A DNA stretch of 64,000 nucleotides from Terrimicrobiaceae bacterium (GTDB lineage Bacteria; Verrucomicrobiota; Verrucomicrobiia; Chthoniobacterales; Terrimicrobiaceae), in contig JBIJAV010000007.1 in assembly GCA_044345595.1 (NCBI GenBank), positions 45,135-109,134 on the forward strand, read 5' to 3'. Position numbers and translations under genes: made by a program. Below the pieces are notes generated by a model. That model was not told the origin of the DNA and did not search any database. It worked only from the letters and a program-made list of their open reading frames with translations. Shown here piece after piece: positions 1 to 10,205 of the stretch; the stretch's first letter is position 1; every line of letters begins with the position of its first letter.

Positions 1-1
1 G

Positions 2-469
2 CTCCAAGCCCTGCTGGACGACCTCGTATGGGACGAATCATTGCTGATCCAGTTGCCATCGGCCTCCTTCGAGATGCTGATGCGCTACATCCTGGACCGA
101 GACCTTGACAAGCCTGCCTTTCGCAGGAGACTAAAAACACTACGCAACCCGAAACTCAGTAAAAACGCCATGTCACTCGCCGAACAATTCCGTCAAGAAG
201 GTCGCGAAGAAACGCGTTCGCTCGCCGAACAATTCCGCCAAGAAGGCATCCGTAAAGGTCGTCAACAGGGCCGTCAGGAAGGTCGCCAAGAAGGTCTGAT
301 CTTCTCCAAGCAACAAGCCATTCTCGAAGCGTTGGAAATCCGATTCCAGCGAGTCCCGGAGGGTCTTTGCGAAGAGATCGAGTCCATCGCTGACTCCAAG
401 AAACTCACGCACCTGCACCGCGCCGCCATCACCAGCGCCGACCTCGAAACCTTCGCAGCCGAACTCTGA
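2..469 (+). CDS. Rpn/YhgA-like (PD-(D/E)XK) putative transposase/nuclease, C-terminal fragment (5' end outside the window)
   Basis: The frame is open from the window edge. It has a duplicated LAEQFRQEG segment and an (RQEG)n low-complexity stretch, followed by a helical tail (ILEALEIRFQRVPEGL...). This matches the C-terminal architecture remembered for Rpn/YhgA-like proteins. Confidence 0.55.
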   Translation, partial: LQALLDDLVWDESLLIQLPSASFEMLMRYILDRDLDKPAFRRRLKTLRNPKLSKNAMSLAEQFRQEGREETRSLAEQFRQEGIRKGRQQGRQEGRQEGLIFSKQQAILEALEIRFQRVPEGLCEEIESIADSKKLTHLHRAAITSADLETFAAEL

Positions 470-559
470 GTCTACTCGCGCGGCAGCGCGCTCGTTGATT
501 CAAGGTAGGGTCGGCGCGCCGCCGCTGAGCCATTTGCGCGTCAACGCCGCCATCGCATC

Positions 560-680
560 AAGCAGGAACGCTGCTTTGCGGCTGAAGTTTGGGACGTCGA
601 CGGCGCGACATCCCTACCCTCGAATACGATGACGCCGCTTTGCGGCTGAGGATTGGGTCATGCCGGAGGATGGGCCCGAG
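560..680 (+). repeat. Mosaic intergenic repeat family, copy a
   Basis: Core GCGGCTGAGGATTGGGTCATGCCGGAGGATG at 642-680, plus a half-copy GCGGCTGAAGTTTGGGA at 578-594. Matches the cores at 44743, 49888, 57028 and 58643. It abuts the uvrA stop codon. Confidence 0.6.
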
Positions 681-3600
681 TTATGACTTCGGTTGGCGGG
701 GGGATTTGAGGGTTTTGGTTTTTTTCTCGATGCCGAGGATTTTTTGGAGGAAGGGGGCTGTGCAGCTGTTTTTTGCCGTGGCGACTTTTTCGGGTGTGCC
801 TTCGGCGACGATTTTTCCGCCTTGGGCGCCGGCTTCGGGGCCGATGTCGAGGATGTGGTCGGCTTCGGCGATGACATCGAGGTGGTGCTCGATGACGACG
901 ACAGTGCCGCCTTCGTCAACGAGGCGGTGGAGGACATTGATGAGCTGGGCGACATCGTGGGCGTGGAGGCCGATGGTCGGCTCCTCGAGGACATAGAGCG
1001 TGGATTTTCCCTTGCGGGTTGTGCGGATTTCCTCCGCTCCTGGCGTTGCCCGGCGGGCGAGTTGGGTGACGAGCTTGATGCGCTGGGCTTCGCCGCCGCT
1101 CAGTGTGGGGCTGGGTTGGCCGAGCTTGAGGTAGCCGAGACCTGTCTCCTGGAGAAGCGCGAGCGGGCGGTGGATTTTCGGGTGGGCTGCAAAGAATTCG
1201 ACGGCCTGTTCGATGGTCATATCCATGACATCGCCGATGGATTTTCCGTTGTAGAGGATCTCGAGCGTGGCAGGGTTGTAGCGTCGTCCATCGCAGTCCT
1301 GGCAGGGCATGTAGGACGGCGGTAGGAAGTTCATCTCGAGTTTGATCACGCCTTGTCCGAGGCAGGCCTCGCAGCGGCCGCCCTCGTTGTTGAAGGAAAA
1401 GCGGCTTGCCGTGTAGCCGCGCATGCGGGCGGCGGGCAGGGTGGAGAAAACTTTTCGGATTTCGTCGAAGACCTTCACATAGGTCGCCGGTGTGGAGCGT
1501 GAGGTCTTGCCGATGGGGGATTGGTCCACTTCCAGCACGGCACCGAGTTCTTCGAATCCGGCGATGCCTTTGTGGAGATCCGAGTGCAGCGGGGCGCGTT
1601 TGCGGGCGAGGACATCGCGGACGGCTGGAACGACGATTCCCCGGATGAGCGTGCTTTTTCCCGAGCCTGAGACGCCTGTGAGGACGCTGAGGCGGTGGAG
1701 GGGAATGCTGACATTCTCGTTTTTGATGTTGTGGAGGCGGGCTCCTTTGATTTCGAGCCACTCGGTGGGCGCGGGACGGCGTTTGCCACGGATCGGGTGC
1801 TGCATCGGCTCGCGGAGGGCGCGGCCGGTGTGAGAGGTCGGGTGGTCGAGGATTTCCTGGAGTGTGCCTGAGGCGATGACTTCGCCTCCACGGCTCCCTG
1901 CTCCAGGGCCGAGATCGAGGATCCGGTCGGCGCGGCGCATGGTCTCTTCATCATGCTCGACGACGACGAGGGAATTTCCTTTTTTGGCCAGCGCCTGGAG
2001 GGCGTCGAGGAGGCGTTCGTTGTCGCGGGGGTGGAGGCCGATGGTCGGCTCGTCCAAAACATAGAGGACGCCGCGCAGATTCGAGCCGAGTTGGGCGGCG
2101 AGGCGGATGCGCTGGGATTCGCCGCCGGAGAGAGTCTTTGCGCTGCGATCGAGGGAGAGGTAGTCGAGTCCCACCTTGGCGAGGAATTCCAGGCGCTGGC
2201 GGATTTCGGTCACAATGTCGCGGGCAACCTCGGCGGCGGGGCCTTGGAAATCCAGCGCGTCGCAGAGGGAAAGGGCGTCGGATGCCGGCGAGCGGGTGAA
2301 GTCGGCGATGGATGTTTTTTGGATCCGCACATGGGTGGCGGTTTCGTTGAGGCGTGTGCCTTTGCAAATCGGGCAGGGGCGTGGTTCATCGTCCTCGAGG
2401 CTCTCGTGGCGGCGCTCCTCATCGAGTTCGGCTTCGATCGCGGTTTCGAATTCGCCTTCCTGGCCGAGACCTTTCCAGACCTCGCCGAATCCCCGGCAGT
2501 GGTTGCACCAGCCGTGGGGAGAGTTGAAGGAGAACAGGCGTGGGTCGAGTGGCTCGAATGCTCGGCTGCACGACGGGCAGTTCATCTCAGTGCTGAGAAT
2601 GGTCGATTTGCCCTTCGCGTCTTCCATGCGGGCGGTGCCTTTGCCCATGCGGAGGGCCTTGCGCACGAGTTCGTCGGATTTTTTTGCGTCAGGGGCCGAG
2701 AGTTCCCCGATGAGGGCGTCAATCGTGTGTTCCTTGAAGCGCTCGAGTTTTTCGAAACCCTCCACGGCAGTCGGTTTGCCGTCCACGATGAGGGTGGTGA
2801 TGCCCTGACGGGCTGCGGCGCGGGCGATGTCGGTGTGGAAGCCTTTGCGGCCCTTGACAAGGTTGGCAAAAATTTTGACCGGGCCCTTGGCTGCGTGGGC
2901 ATCCACCTCGGCGGCGATGGCGGTTGGTGTGCGGTTTTCGACCGCGACATTGCACGATGGGCAGAATTGGGTGCCGAGTTTTGAAAAGAGGAGGCGCAGG
3001 AAGTGGTAGATCTCGGTGACGGTGGCTACGGTGGATTTTCCGCCGCCGCGAGTGATGCGTTGCTCAATCGCCACGCTCGGTGGCAGGCCTTCGATCGAGT
3101 CCACATCTGGCTTTTCAAGCTGATCCACGAACTGGCGGGCATAGGCGGACATGCTATCGAGGAATCGGCGCTGGCCCTCGGCGAAGAGGATGTCGAAGGC
3201 GAGTGTGGATTTGCCCGAGCCGCTGAGGCCGGTCACGACGACCATGCCATCGCGCGGGATATCCACATCGATATTTTTTAAATTGTGCTCGCGGGCACCT
3301 CGCACGGTGATGAAGCGAGACGGCGGGGTCTTCGGGCGGGGGCGGGCGGGTTGCTCGTGCAGGTGCGCACCGCGCCCGGCGAGGACGGGCTCGAGAAATT
3401 GACCGGTGAGGGATTCGGGGACGGTTGCGATCTGCTCGGGAGTTCCAGCTGCAACGATCTTGCCGCCTTCATCGCCGCCTTCGGGGCCAAGGTCGATGAC
3501 CCAGTCCGCGCATTTGATGACCTCCAGATTGTGCTCGATGACGATCACGCTGTTGCCTTCTTCAACGAGGCGGTGGAAGACTTTGATGAGAAGAGCGACA

Positions 3601-6170
3601 TCGTCGAAGTGCAGGCCTGTCGTCGGCTCGTCAAAAATCAGGAGCGCCTTCTCGCGGGATTGGCGAATGAGGTGGTGGACGAGCTTGAGGCGCTGGGATT
3701 CGCCTCCGGAGAGGGCGTTGACCGGCTGGCCGAGGCGCAGGTAGTCGAGGCCAACCTCGCCGAGGAGTTCCAGCGGGGTGGTGATTTTTTTCTTGGGATC
3801 GAGAGGTTTGAAAAATGTGATCGCCTCGGCGGCGGTCATTTCCAGAACCTCGTGGATGGATTTTCCGCCGACTTGGATTTTGAGAAGAGGGGCGCGGAAA
3901 CGGGTTCCATCGCACTCCGGACAGCGCAGGAAAAGGTCGCTGAGGAATTGCATTTCCACCTTTTCAAAGCCCAGTCCGCTGCACCGGTCGCAGCGGCCGT
4001 TGCCGGAATTGAAGGAGAAGCTGGAAGCAGTGAAGCCGGCGGCCTCGGCGGCGGGTGTGTCGGCGAAGAGGTCGCGGATGTGTTCGTAAACGCCCAGGTA
4101 AACGGCCGGGGTGGAGCGCGGAGTCTTGGCGAGAGGCGATTGGTCCACCATGACGACTTCGTCCACCTCTTCATCGCCGCTGATGGATTTTACGAAGCCC
4201 GCCGCCTCGTCTTCGGAGGGGTCTTCGCCGACGAGTTGTCGATGGAGGACATCGCGGACGAGTGAAGTTTTTCCAGAGCCGGAAACGCCAGTTACCGCGC
4301 AGAGCACGCCGAGCGGGAACTTGGCGGTGAGGTTTTTGATATTGTGGTGGGTGACGCCTTTGAGAACGACTTGGCCCTCGGCTTTGCGGCGTTTTTTGGG
4401 AACCGGGATGGACTTTTTCCCTTGGAGGTAATCAGCTGTGAGGGAGTTTTTAGCTGAGGCAAAATTCTCGGCTGGGCCGCAGTAGAGAAGCTGTCCGCCG
4501 GAAATGCCACGGCCGGGGCCGATATCCACCAACTCGTCGGCGGCGCGGATCACGGCTTCCTCATGTTCCACGACAAGGAGCGTATTGCCTTTGTCGCGAA
4601 GACCTTGCATGACCTCGATAAGGCGGGATGTATCGCGCGGATGGAGTCCTACGCTGGGCTCGTCGAGGACGAAAAGGGTATTTACGAGAGAGGCGCCGAG
4701 GCAGGTCGTGAGATTGACGCGTTGGATTTCGCCGCCCGAGAGCGAGCGGGTGGGGCGGTCGAGTGTCAGGTAGCCGAGGCCGATCTTGCAGAGGTAGTTG
4801 ATGCGGGAAACAACCTGCTGGTGGACGAGGCGCGCGCTGGTATCCGAGGCGGGAAGTTCAAACGACTCCAGGATCGGCGCGAGGCGTTTGAGTGGGACTG
4901 CGGCGACATCCGCAATCGTGAGGCCCGGTGGATCGATGCGGAAATTCAGGGTATCCGGTTGGAAGCGGCCTCCGTGGCATTTCGGGCAAGGTTGGTAGCT
5001 GCGGTAGCGCGAAAGCAACACCCTCACATGCATTTTGTAGGCTTTGCTTTCGAGCCATTGAAAATAGCCGTCAACCCCATACCACGCACCCGAGTCCCAG
5101 GCTTCTCGCGACGGGACATCCGGATCGCCGTGAATGACAAAATCTTGATCGGCCTTGGAAAGGCGCTCGAAAGAACGCACGGTATCGATGCCGCGTTTGC
5201 GGCAGTGGCGGATGAGATCATCCTGACACTCAGCAGATTGACCGCTCTGGAAGGGGCGGATGACTCCCTCGGAGATGGAAAGGGATCGATCCGGGATGAC
5301 GCGCTGCATGTCGATGCCGATGATGCGTCCAAAGCCCTTGCACTCGGGACAGGCACCCAGCGGGGAGTTGAAAGAAAAAAGACCCGGCGAGGGCGGGCGG
5401 ATGTCGGTATCACACGCCGAGCAATGCCATCCCGCTGTGTGGGAGTGCGATGCTCCGGAGTCGGTGTCGATGACGGTTAATCGGTCATTGCCGAGACGCA
5501 GCGAGTTTTCGATAGCCTCGGAGAGGCGGGCGTGGGTGGCATTTTCCAGATCGATGCGGTCTTGGATGACCTGCACACTCTCGGGGAGTTTGCGAAGATC
5601 GGGCGCCTCGTCGGTGCGGTGGATCTTACCTTTGATCCAGATGCGCAGGTAGCCCTGTTGGGCGAGAAAATCGAAAAAGTCCTTTGGAGCGGTGTTTTCG
5701 GGAACTTTGACGCTGAAGGTCAGAAAAACCGTCTTGCCATGGAAGTCGGCAAGAATCTGGCGGAGAATGGACTGGGGAGTGCCCTGAACCACTTCCCGCG
5801 CGCACTTTGGACAGAAGCCCTTGGCTACGCGCGGGAAAAGGAGTTTCAGATAATCGTTGATTTCCGTGATCGTGCCAACGGTCGACCGCGTGGTGCGGAC
5901 ATTGTTGGCCTGCTCGATCGCGATGGCGGGCGGAATTCCTTCAATGTTATCGGCCAGCGGCTTATCCATCCGCTCGAGGAACTGGCGCGTGTAGGGACTG
6001 AATGTCTCCACATAGCGCCTTTGTCCCTCGGCATAGATGGTGTCGAAGGCGAGGCTTGACTTGCCGCTTCCGCTCGGGCCCGTGACAACGATGAGTCTGC
6101 CCAGAGGCAGTTCGAGGTCAATCCCTTGAAGGTTGTTTTGTTTGGCTCCGCGGAGCCGGATGAATTCCAC
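681..6170 (-). CDS. uvrA: Excinuclease ABC subunit A, double-length (two complete UvrA units fused, 1829 aa)
   Basis: Four Walker-A sites ([52 protein letters not shown]) and four LSGGE signature motifs, with CxxC zinc modules in both halves. The second unit starts near aa 950 ([17 protein letters not shown]). Confidence 0.9.
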   Translation of the reverse strand: MEFIRLRGAKQNNLQGIDLELPLGRLIVVTGPSGSGKSSLAFDTIYAEGQRRYVETFSPYTRQFLERMDKPLADNIEGIPPAIAIEQANNVRTTRSTVGTITEINDYLKLLFPRVAKGFCPKCAREVVQGTPQSILRQILADFHGKTVFLTFSVKVPENTAPKDFFDFLAQQGYLRIWIKGKIHRTDEAPDLRKLPESVQVIQDRIDLENATHARLSEAIENSLRLGNDRLTVIDTDSGASHSHTAGWHCSACDTDIRPPSPGLFSFNSPLGACPECKGFGRIIGIDMQRVIPDRSLSISEGVIRPFQSGQSAECQDDLIRHCRKRGIDTVRSFERLSKADQDFVIHGDPDVPSREAWDSGAWYGVDGYFQWLESKAYKMHVRVLLSRYRSYQPCPKCHGGRFQPDTLNFRIDPPGLTIADVAAVPLKRLAPILESFELPASDTSARLVHQQVVSRINYLCKIGLGYLTLDRPTRSLSGGEIQRVNLTTCLGASLVNTLFVLDEPSVGLHPRDTSRLIEVMQGLRDKGNTLLVVEHEEAVIRAADELVDIGPGRGISGGQLLYCGPAENFASAKNSLTADYLQGKKSIPVPKKRRKAEGQVVLKGVTHHNIKNLTAKFPLGVLCAVTGVSGSGKTSLVRDVLHRQLVGEDPSEDEAAGFVKSISGDEEVDEVVMVDQSPLAKTPRSTPAVYLGVYEHIRDLFADTPAAEAAGFTASSFSFNSGNGRCDRCSGLGFEKVEMQFLSDLFLRCPECDGTRFRAPLLKIQVGGKSIHEVLEMTAAEAITFFKPLDPKKKITTPLELLGEVGLDYLRLGQPVNALSGGESQRLKLVHHLIRQSREKALLIFDEPTTGLHFDDVALLIKVFHRLVEEGNSVIVIEHNLEVIKCADWVIDLGPEGGDEGGKIVAAGTPEQIATVPESLTGQFLEPVLAGRGAHLHEQPARPRPKTPPSRFITVRGAREHNLKNIDVDIPRDGMVVVTGLSGSGKSTLAFDILFAEGQRRFLDSMSAYARQFVDQLEKPDVDSIEGLPPSVAIEQRITRGGGKSTVATVTEIYHFLRLLFSKLGTQFCPSCNVAVENRTPTAIAAEVDAHAAKGPVKIFANLVKGRKGFHTDIARAAARQGITTLIVDGKPTAVEGFEKLERFKEHTIDALIGELSAPDAKKSDELVRKALRMGKGTARMEDAKGKSTILSTEMNCPSCSRAFEPLDPRLFSFNSPHGWCNHCRGFGEVWKGLGQEGEFETAIEAELDEERRHESLEDDEPRPCPICKGTRLNETATHVRIQKTSIADFTRSPASDALSLCDALDFQGPAAEVARDIVTEIRQRLEFLAKVGLDYLSLDRSAKTLSGGESQRIRLAAQLGSNLRGVLYVLDEPTIGLHPRDNERLLDALQALAKKGNSLVVVEHDEETMRRADRILDLGPGAGSRGGEVIASGTLQEILDHPTSHTGRALREPMQHPIRGKRRPAPTEWLEIKGARLHNIKNENVSIPLHRLSVLTGVSGSGKSTLIRGIVVPAVRDVLARKRAPLHSDLHKGIAGFEELGAVLEVDQSPIGKTSRSTPATYVKVFDEIRKVFSTLPAARMRGYTASRFSFNNEGGRCEACLGQGVIKLEMNFLPPSYMPCQDCDGRRYNPATLEILYNGKSIGDVMDMTIEQAVEFFAAHPKIHRPLALLQETGLGYLKLGQPSPTLSGGEAQRIKLVTQLARRATPGAEEIRTTRKGKSTLYVLEEPTIGLHAHDVAQLINVLHRLVDEGGTVVVIEHHLDVIAEADHILDIGPEAGAQGGKIVAEGTPEKVATAKNSCTAPFLQKILGIEKKTKTLKSPRQPKS

Positions 6171-6191
6171 CCGTGGAAATCTACTGGATTC

Positions 6192-6512
6192 TTAGGCGGT
6201 TTGGTTTCCGCGAAGTTCTTCGGTGCGGAGAAGCACGCGCTGGCGCATGATTTTTCCGGACTTGAACTTAACGGTGGCGCGCGCAGGGATCACCACATCA
6301 TGCTCGGGCTTGTTTGGATTGCGGCCCACGCGGGATTTCGTGAGGCGAACTTCGAAAACGCCGAAGTTGCGGAGCTCGACATCGCGGCCTGTGGACAGGG
6401 CGTCAGTGATGCCGTCCAATGTGAGTTGGATGACGCTGAATACTTCTTGTTGGGTGAGTCCTGTTTTTTTGCTGATCTGCATTACCAGATCTCTTTTGGT
6501 GAGGTTGGCCAT
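6192..6512 (-). CDS. HU/IHF-family DNA-binding protein
   Basis: 106 aa. MANLTKRDLV...GRDVELRNFGVFEVRLTKSRVGRNPNKPE..IPARATVKFKSG is the classical HU/IHF fold signature. Confidence 0.85.
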   Translation of the reverse strand: MANLTKRDLVMQISKKTGLTQQEVFSVIQLTLDGITDALSTGRDVELRNFGVFEVRLTKSRVGRNPNKPEHDVVIPARATVKFKSGKIMRQRVLLRTEELRGNQTA

Positions 6513-6615
6513 ATTGGTAGTGTGTAGGTTGAGGCGCGGAGATTAGCGGGTTACGATGGCAATGCAACCATTTTATCAAAACATTTCCGGGTGATTTGTG
6601 TTTGCGTGGAAATGC

Positions 6616-6996
6616 TTAGGGTAGCGGCTGAGGAGCCACTGTTCCATCGATGCTCACGGTCGCACGCGAGCCGGTCGGGGCTGTGACGGGCTCATCGCTC
6701 TCGATTGTGGCAATGCCCTGCGGGTTGAGATTTTTAATCACTCCGCCGCGAGCTTTTACAGAGTCTCCTTCGATGCGGATGACGACCCGTTGGCCTTCTT
6801 GAATCTTGGAATCCGGGTTGAACGAAGCGGTCAGGATCGAGGGCGTTCCACTTGAGATCAGCGAGGCTTCGCCGGCGAAGGCATGGTTTCGGGAGTAGTT
6901 CCAAACAGTTGCGAGAAAAGCCGCGATGCACAGGGCGAGGAGGGCGAGTGCGACGAGGCGGCCGTTTGAGCGGTTTGCGTGGGCGGGCGCGTTCAT
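6616..6996 (-). CDS. Hypothetical membrane-anchored protein
   Basis: 126 aa with an N-terminal hydrophobic helix (LVALALLALCIAAFLATVW). Its ATG overlaps the trpC stop (ATGA). Confidence 0.45.
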   Translation of the reverse strand: MNAPAHANRSNGRLVALALLALCIAAFLATVWNYSRNHAFAGEASLISSGTPSILTASFNPDSKIQEGQRVVIRIEGDSVKARGGVIKNLNPQGIATIESDEPVTAPTGSRATVSIDGTVAPQPLP

Positions 6997-7811
6997 GAGG
7001 GTAGTGCCATCTCAAAATCGCGGAGGCAGGCGTGGATGCCGCGCTCGTCGCGGAGAAGGGATGTCCCCACGAGTGCTGCCTGAAAATTTGACGCGACGGA
7101 AGAAAGAGTTTGCGGGGAAATACCACTCTCTGCGACGCGGATGGCGGATGCGGGGAGTTTGTCCACGAGGTCGAAGACTCCGAGGTCGAGGCTGAAGTCG
7201 GTGGCGGAGGATTGGCCTGCAGAGACGAACCCGGTGTTGGTTTTGAATTTGCGGCTGTTGATTCCCACGACGCGGGCTTTTGCGGGCAGTGTGGCGATTT
7301 CCTCCGGGGTGTGGATTTCAAAGAGAGCCTCCATGTCGAGTTCGAGTGCGAGTTGGTGAAGACGGTGCATGGTTGCCGCGTCGAGCACATTGGCCATGAG
7401 CAGAATCGCATCCGCTCCGAACGCGCGGGCCTCGTAAACTTGATACTCGTCCACAAAAAAATCCTTTCGCAGCACAGGGTGGGGGACCTGCTGGCGAATT
7501 TCGGCGAGGCGGTGGATGTCCATGCCAAAGTGTGTCTGGTTGGTGAGGACGGAAACGGTTTTGACGAGGGGGGATGCTGCATAGGCAGCGGCGGCGTTGC
7601 GGACATTCTCGGCGCGCATCGGCCCCACGCTGGGCGAGCGTTCCTTGATCTCGGCGATGAGTCCGAAGCCTGAGGAAAGGGCTGCCACAAAATCTCGTGC
7701 GGGCGGGGCATCCGCCAAGCGGGCTTGGATTTCGGCCAGAGGTGTCGAATTTTTGGCTTCGGCGACCTCGCGGCGGACATCCTCGAGAATGGTATCGAGA
7801 ATCGTTTTCAA
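6993..7811 (-). CDS. trpC: Indole-3-glycerol phosphate synthase
   Basis: ILEDVRREV...GLIAEIKERSPS...VSVLTNQTHFGM...LRKDFFVDEYQVYEARAFGADAILL. The long upstream in-frame extension to 8390 is not TrpC-like. The proposed TTG start at 7811 overlaps the pheA stop (TTGA). The start site is uncertain. Confidence 0.8.
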   Translation of the reverse strand: MKTILDTILEDVRREVAEAKNSTPLAEIQARLADAPPARDFVAALSSGFGLIAEIKERSPSVGPMRAENVRNAAAAYAASPLVKTVSVLTNQTHFGMDIHRLAEIRQQVPHPVLRKDFFVDEYQVYEARAFGADAILLMANVLDAATMHRLHQLALELDMEALFEIHTPEEIATLPAKARVVGINSRKFKTNTGFVSAGQSSATDFSLDLGVFDLVDKLPASAIRVAESGISPQTLSSVASNFQAALVGTSLLRDERGIHACLRDFEMALPS

Positions 7812-8659
7812 GGCTGGGGTTTGGGATAGCTGCCGAGAATTTTCACCGTGCGGCAATTTTTGGTGAGTTCGCCAAGGAGGCCGGATTTTTCCAAATCCTG
7901 AAGGTGGCCGTCTGTCTGGACGAAGAAAAAGGTGTCGTCGCTGTCTTTGAGCGAGGGGCGGCTGGCGAAGTGGGCGAGGTTCACCTGCAACTGCCGGAAG
8001 GGTTCCAGCGCCGAGACCAGCGCGCCGGGTTTGTCTTCGATGCGAAGCATGATGAGCGTCTGGTCGTGTCCGGTGGGCGCGTTGATGTGGCGGCCGAGAA
8101 TGATGTGGCGGCCGAGAATGATGTGGCGCATTCCGGTCGGCGCGCCGTGCTGGTCCGTCTCGGGAAGAATCTCTGCACAGATCGAGAGGTCGGTCGCAGC
8201 GAGTTCGTCGAGTGTGGCATTGATAAATCCATGCACGGGATCTTCGAGCGGAACCACACCGCAGTCGGCTTCGTTGGCGCTGACTTGCTTGAGAACCTCT
8301 GCGATCGAAGCAGCCGCTGTGTAGCGGACGCTGGAACCGAATTTGGAGATCGAGATTTGATGCGTGGAACTGCCGGATGGGCCAAGACACGCGATGACGA
8401 TGTCTTTTTCCAAAGCGAGTGAGGCTGACATGATCTCGCGGTAGATGGCCCGTATGGATTCGGGACGGAGCGGGCCGTTGCTGCGCTCGACAAGGCTGCG
8501 CAGGAGCTTCATCTCACGGTCTGGCGAATAAATGGGAAGCGAGGCGCGGTTTTTGATGACGCCGATTTCCTTGGCCAAAGTGGCCCGCTCATTGAGGAGG
8601 CGCAGCAAATCCGTATCGAGGGCGTCGATGCGCTGGCGAAGTTCTCCGAGGTCGCTCAT
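7808..8659 (-). CDS. pheA: Chorismate mutase / (truncated) prephenate dehydratase / ACT-domain protein
   Basis: N-terminal chorismate mutase (LRQRIDALDTDLLRLLNERATLAKEIGVIK). The first half of the PDT domain is present (IACLGPSGSSTH...GVVPLEDPVHG). The ACT domain follows (LIMLRIEDKPGALVSALEPF...ASRP). Only 283 aa; see finding. Confidence 0.75.
   Translation of the reverse strand: MSDLGELRQRIDALDTDLLRLLNERATLAKEIGVIKNRASLPIYSPDREMKLLRSLVERSNGPLRPESIRAIYREIMSASLALEKDIVIACLGPSGSSTHQISISKFGSSVRYTAAASIAEVLKQVSANEADCGVVPLEDPVHGFINATLDELAATDLSICAEILPETDQHGAPTGMRHIILGRHIILGRHINAPTGHDQTLIMLRIEDKPGALVSALEPFRQLQVNLAHFASRPSLKDSDDTFFFVQTDGHLQDLEKSGLLGELTKNCRTVKILGSYPKPQP
8084..8128. repeat. 18-bp tandem repeat (2.5 copies) inside pheA
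   Basis: GATGTGGCGGCCGAGAAT x2 plus GATGTGGCG, encoding RHIILG-RHIILG-RHI. It is flanked by the direct repeats CCGGTGGGCGCG and CCGGTCGGCGCG. Confidence 0.9.
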
Positions 8660-9456
8660 GGTTTGGATTCCTCTTCGGCGGCGGGCTCTTCGGGAGCCGG
8701 CTCTGGCTCTGTCGGTTCTTCGGATGGCACTTCGCTTGCGGGTTCCTTTGGTTCTGGCTCCCCTGCTGGAATTTCGCTTGCAGGTTCGTCGGGGCTTTTT
8801 TCTTCCATCGCAGGCTGGGCTGGTTCGGGAGTTTCCTCGGCTGGAGCCGCTTTGGGCAGCGCGACGCGGCGGAGTTCGGAGGCATTGGGAAGATCATCGA
8901 GATTTTTCAATCCGAAGTGATCCATGAAAAATTGGGTCGTTTCGTAAAGGAGCGGGCGGCCGGCGATTTCGGAGCGACCGGCGATTCGCACGAGGTTCCG
9001 GTCAAGAAGGGTCTGCAGCACGCCATCCACCGCGACGCCGCGCACGGCTTCCATATCGGCGCGCGTGATCGGTTGCCGGTAGGCGATGATGGCGAGCGTT
9101 TCCATAGCCGGGGCGCTGAGACGGGCCTGACGGTTCTCCGGGAAAAGTTGGCGCAACCACGGGGCGAAGCTGGCGCGTGTCACGAGTTGCCAACCTGCCG
9201 CGCTTTCCCTCACTTCGAAGGAGCGGCCGGTCTCCTCGTATTCCTGCTCGAGCTTTTGAATCGCCTCCTGAATCTGAGCGGCTTTGATTTTGGCGAACGC
9301 TGTCAGATCAGGGTTTTCTTTGCCGGCTTCTGCAGCGCCTTTGAGAATGGAGGAGAGTTCCTTTGCGGAGACAGGTTTTTGCGAGGCGAAAAGAACCGCC
9401 TCAATGATGCGGTGCAGAGGGAATGCGGGTTCGGGACTTGGGGATTCGTCACTCAT
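8656..9456 (-). CDS. scpB: Segregation and condensation protein B
   Basis: IIEAVLFASQKPVSAKEL...LSAPAMETLAIIAYRQPITRADMEAVRGV...GRPLLYETT. It has an acidic, Pro-rich C-terminal tail. The ATG at 9456 overlaps the scpA stop (ATGA). Confidence 0.85.
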   Translation of the reverse strand: MSDESPSPEPAFPLHRIIEAVLFASQKPVSAKELSSILKGAAEAGKENPDLTAFAKIKAAQIQEAIQKLEQEYEETGRSFEVRESAAGWQLVTRASFAPWLRQLFPENRQARLSAPAMETLAIIAYRQPITRADMEAVRGVAVDGVLQTLLDRNLVRIAGRSEIAGRPLLYETTQFFMDHFGLKNLDDLPNASELRRVALPKAAPAEETPEPAQPAMEEKSPDEPASEIPAGEPEPKEPASEVPSEEPTEPEPAPEEPAAEEESKP

Positions 9457-10199
9457 ACAAAAGCGGGTTGGGCATTGCTCACGCGGTCGATCCAGATTTC
9501 GCCGCATACGGCCTCTTGGCGGACGCGGAGTTGTTTTAGTCGGATGAGTTCGAGCATGGCAAGAAAGGTCACGACGATCTCCGTGCGGCTGGCGGCATCG
9601 GCGAAGAGTTCCTCGAAGCGGAGCGGAATGCCTTCCTGGGTGATGCGCAGAACATGCTCGATCTTGTCGGAGACGGTGAAATTTTCCGCGAAGATCTCGC
9701 GCAGGTCCTCGGGTTTTTTCTCGATCCTTTTGAGGATTTTTTGAAAGGCGTGGATCAGGTCGAAAATACCGACCTCCTCAACCAAGAGATTCTCGGCCGG
9801 GGCCAGATCCGGCGTCACTGGCACGCGGGCAAAGAGGTTCAGCTGGGCCGTCTCGTTGTCGCGCAGGAGGGCCGCCGCTTCCTTGAATTTTTTATACTCG
9901 ATAAGCTGCCGGATGAGTTCGAAGCGGGGGTCATCCTCTTCGGCGTCCTCCTCCGCCATTTGCTGGTCAACGGGGAGGAGAGTCCGGCTTTTGATGTAGA
10001 GGAGGTTTGCGGCCATGACGATGAACTCGCCGGCCAGCTCGATGTTCAGAACCTGAAAGGCCTCGATGTAGGCCATGTATTGCTTGGTGATCCGCTCGAT
10101 CGAAATGTCGTAGATATCCACCTCATCGCGTTTGATGAGGTAGAGCAACAGATCGAGCGGACCCTCGAATACATCAAGTTTGACCTTGTAGTCCTCCAC
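9453..10199 (-). CDS. scpA: Segregation and condensation protein A
   Basis: KLDVFEGPLDLLLYLIKRDEVDIYDISIERITKQY...AGEFIVMAANLLYIKSRTLLP. GTG start. Confidence 0.9.
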   Translation of the reverse strand: MEDYKVKLDVFEGPLDLLLYLIKRDEVDIYDISIERITKQYMAYIEAFQVLNIELAGEFIVMAANLLYIKSRTLLPVDQQMAEEDAEEDDPRFELIRQLIEYKKFKEAAALLRDNETAQLNLFARVPVTPDLAPAENLLVEEVGIFDLIHAFQKILKRIEKKPEDLREIFAENFTVSDKIEHVLRITQEGIPLRFEELFADAASRTEIVVTFLAMLELIRLKQLRVRQEAVCGEIWIDRVSNAQPAFV

Positions 10200-10205
10200 G
10201 CGACA

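Noticed and set aside
6513-6615. Possible sigma-54 type TGG...TTGC element upstream of the HU/IHF gene.
   Set aside because: The spacing between the GG and GC dinucleotides does not fit the -24/-12 consensus.
6993-8390. 465-aa ORF implying a long N-terminal extension of TrpC that overlaps pheA.
   Set aside because: Only the last 272 residues are TrpC-like. The extension is Arg/Pro-rich noise read out of frame over pheA. A TTG overlapping the pheA stop gives a canonical-length protein.
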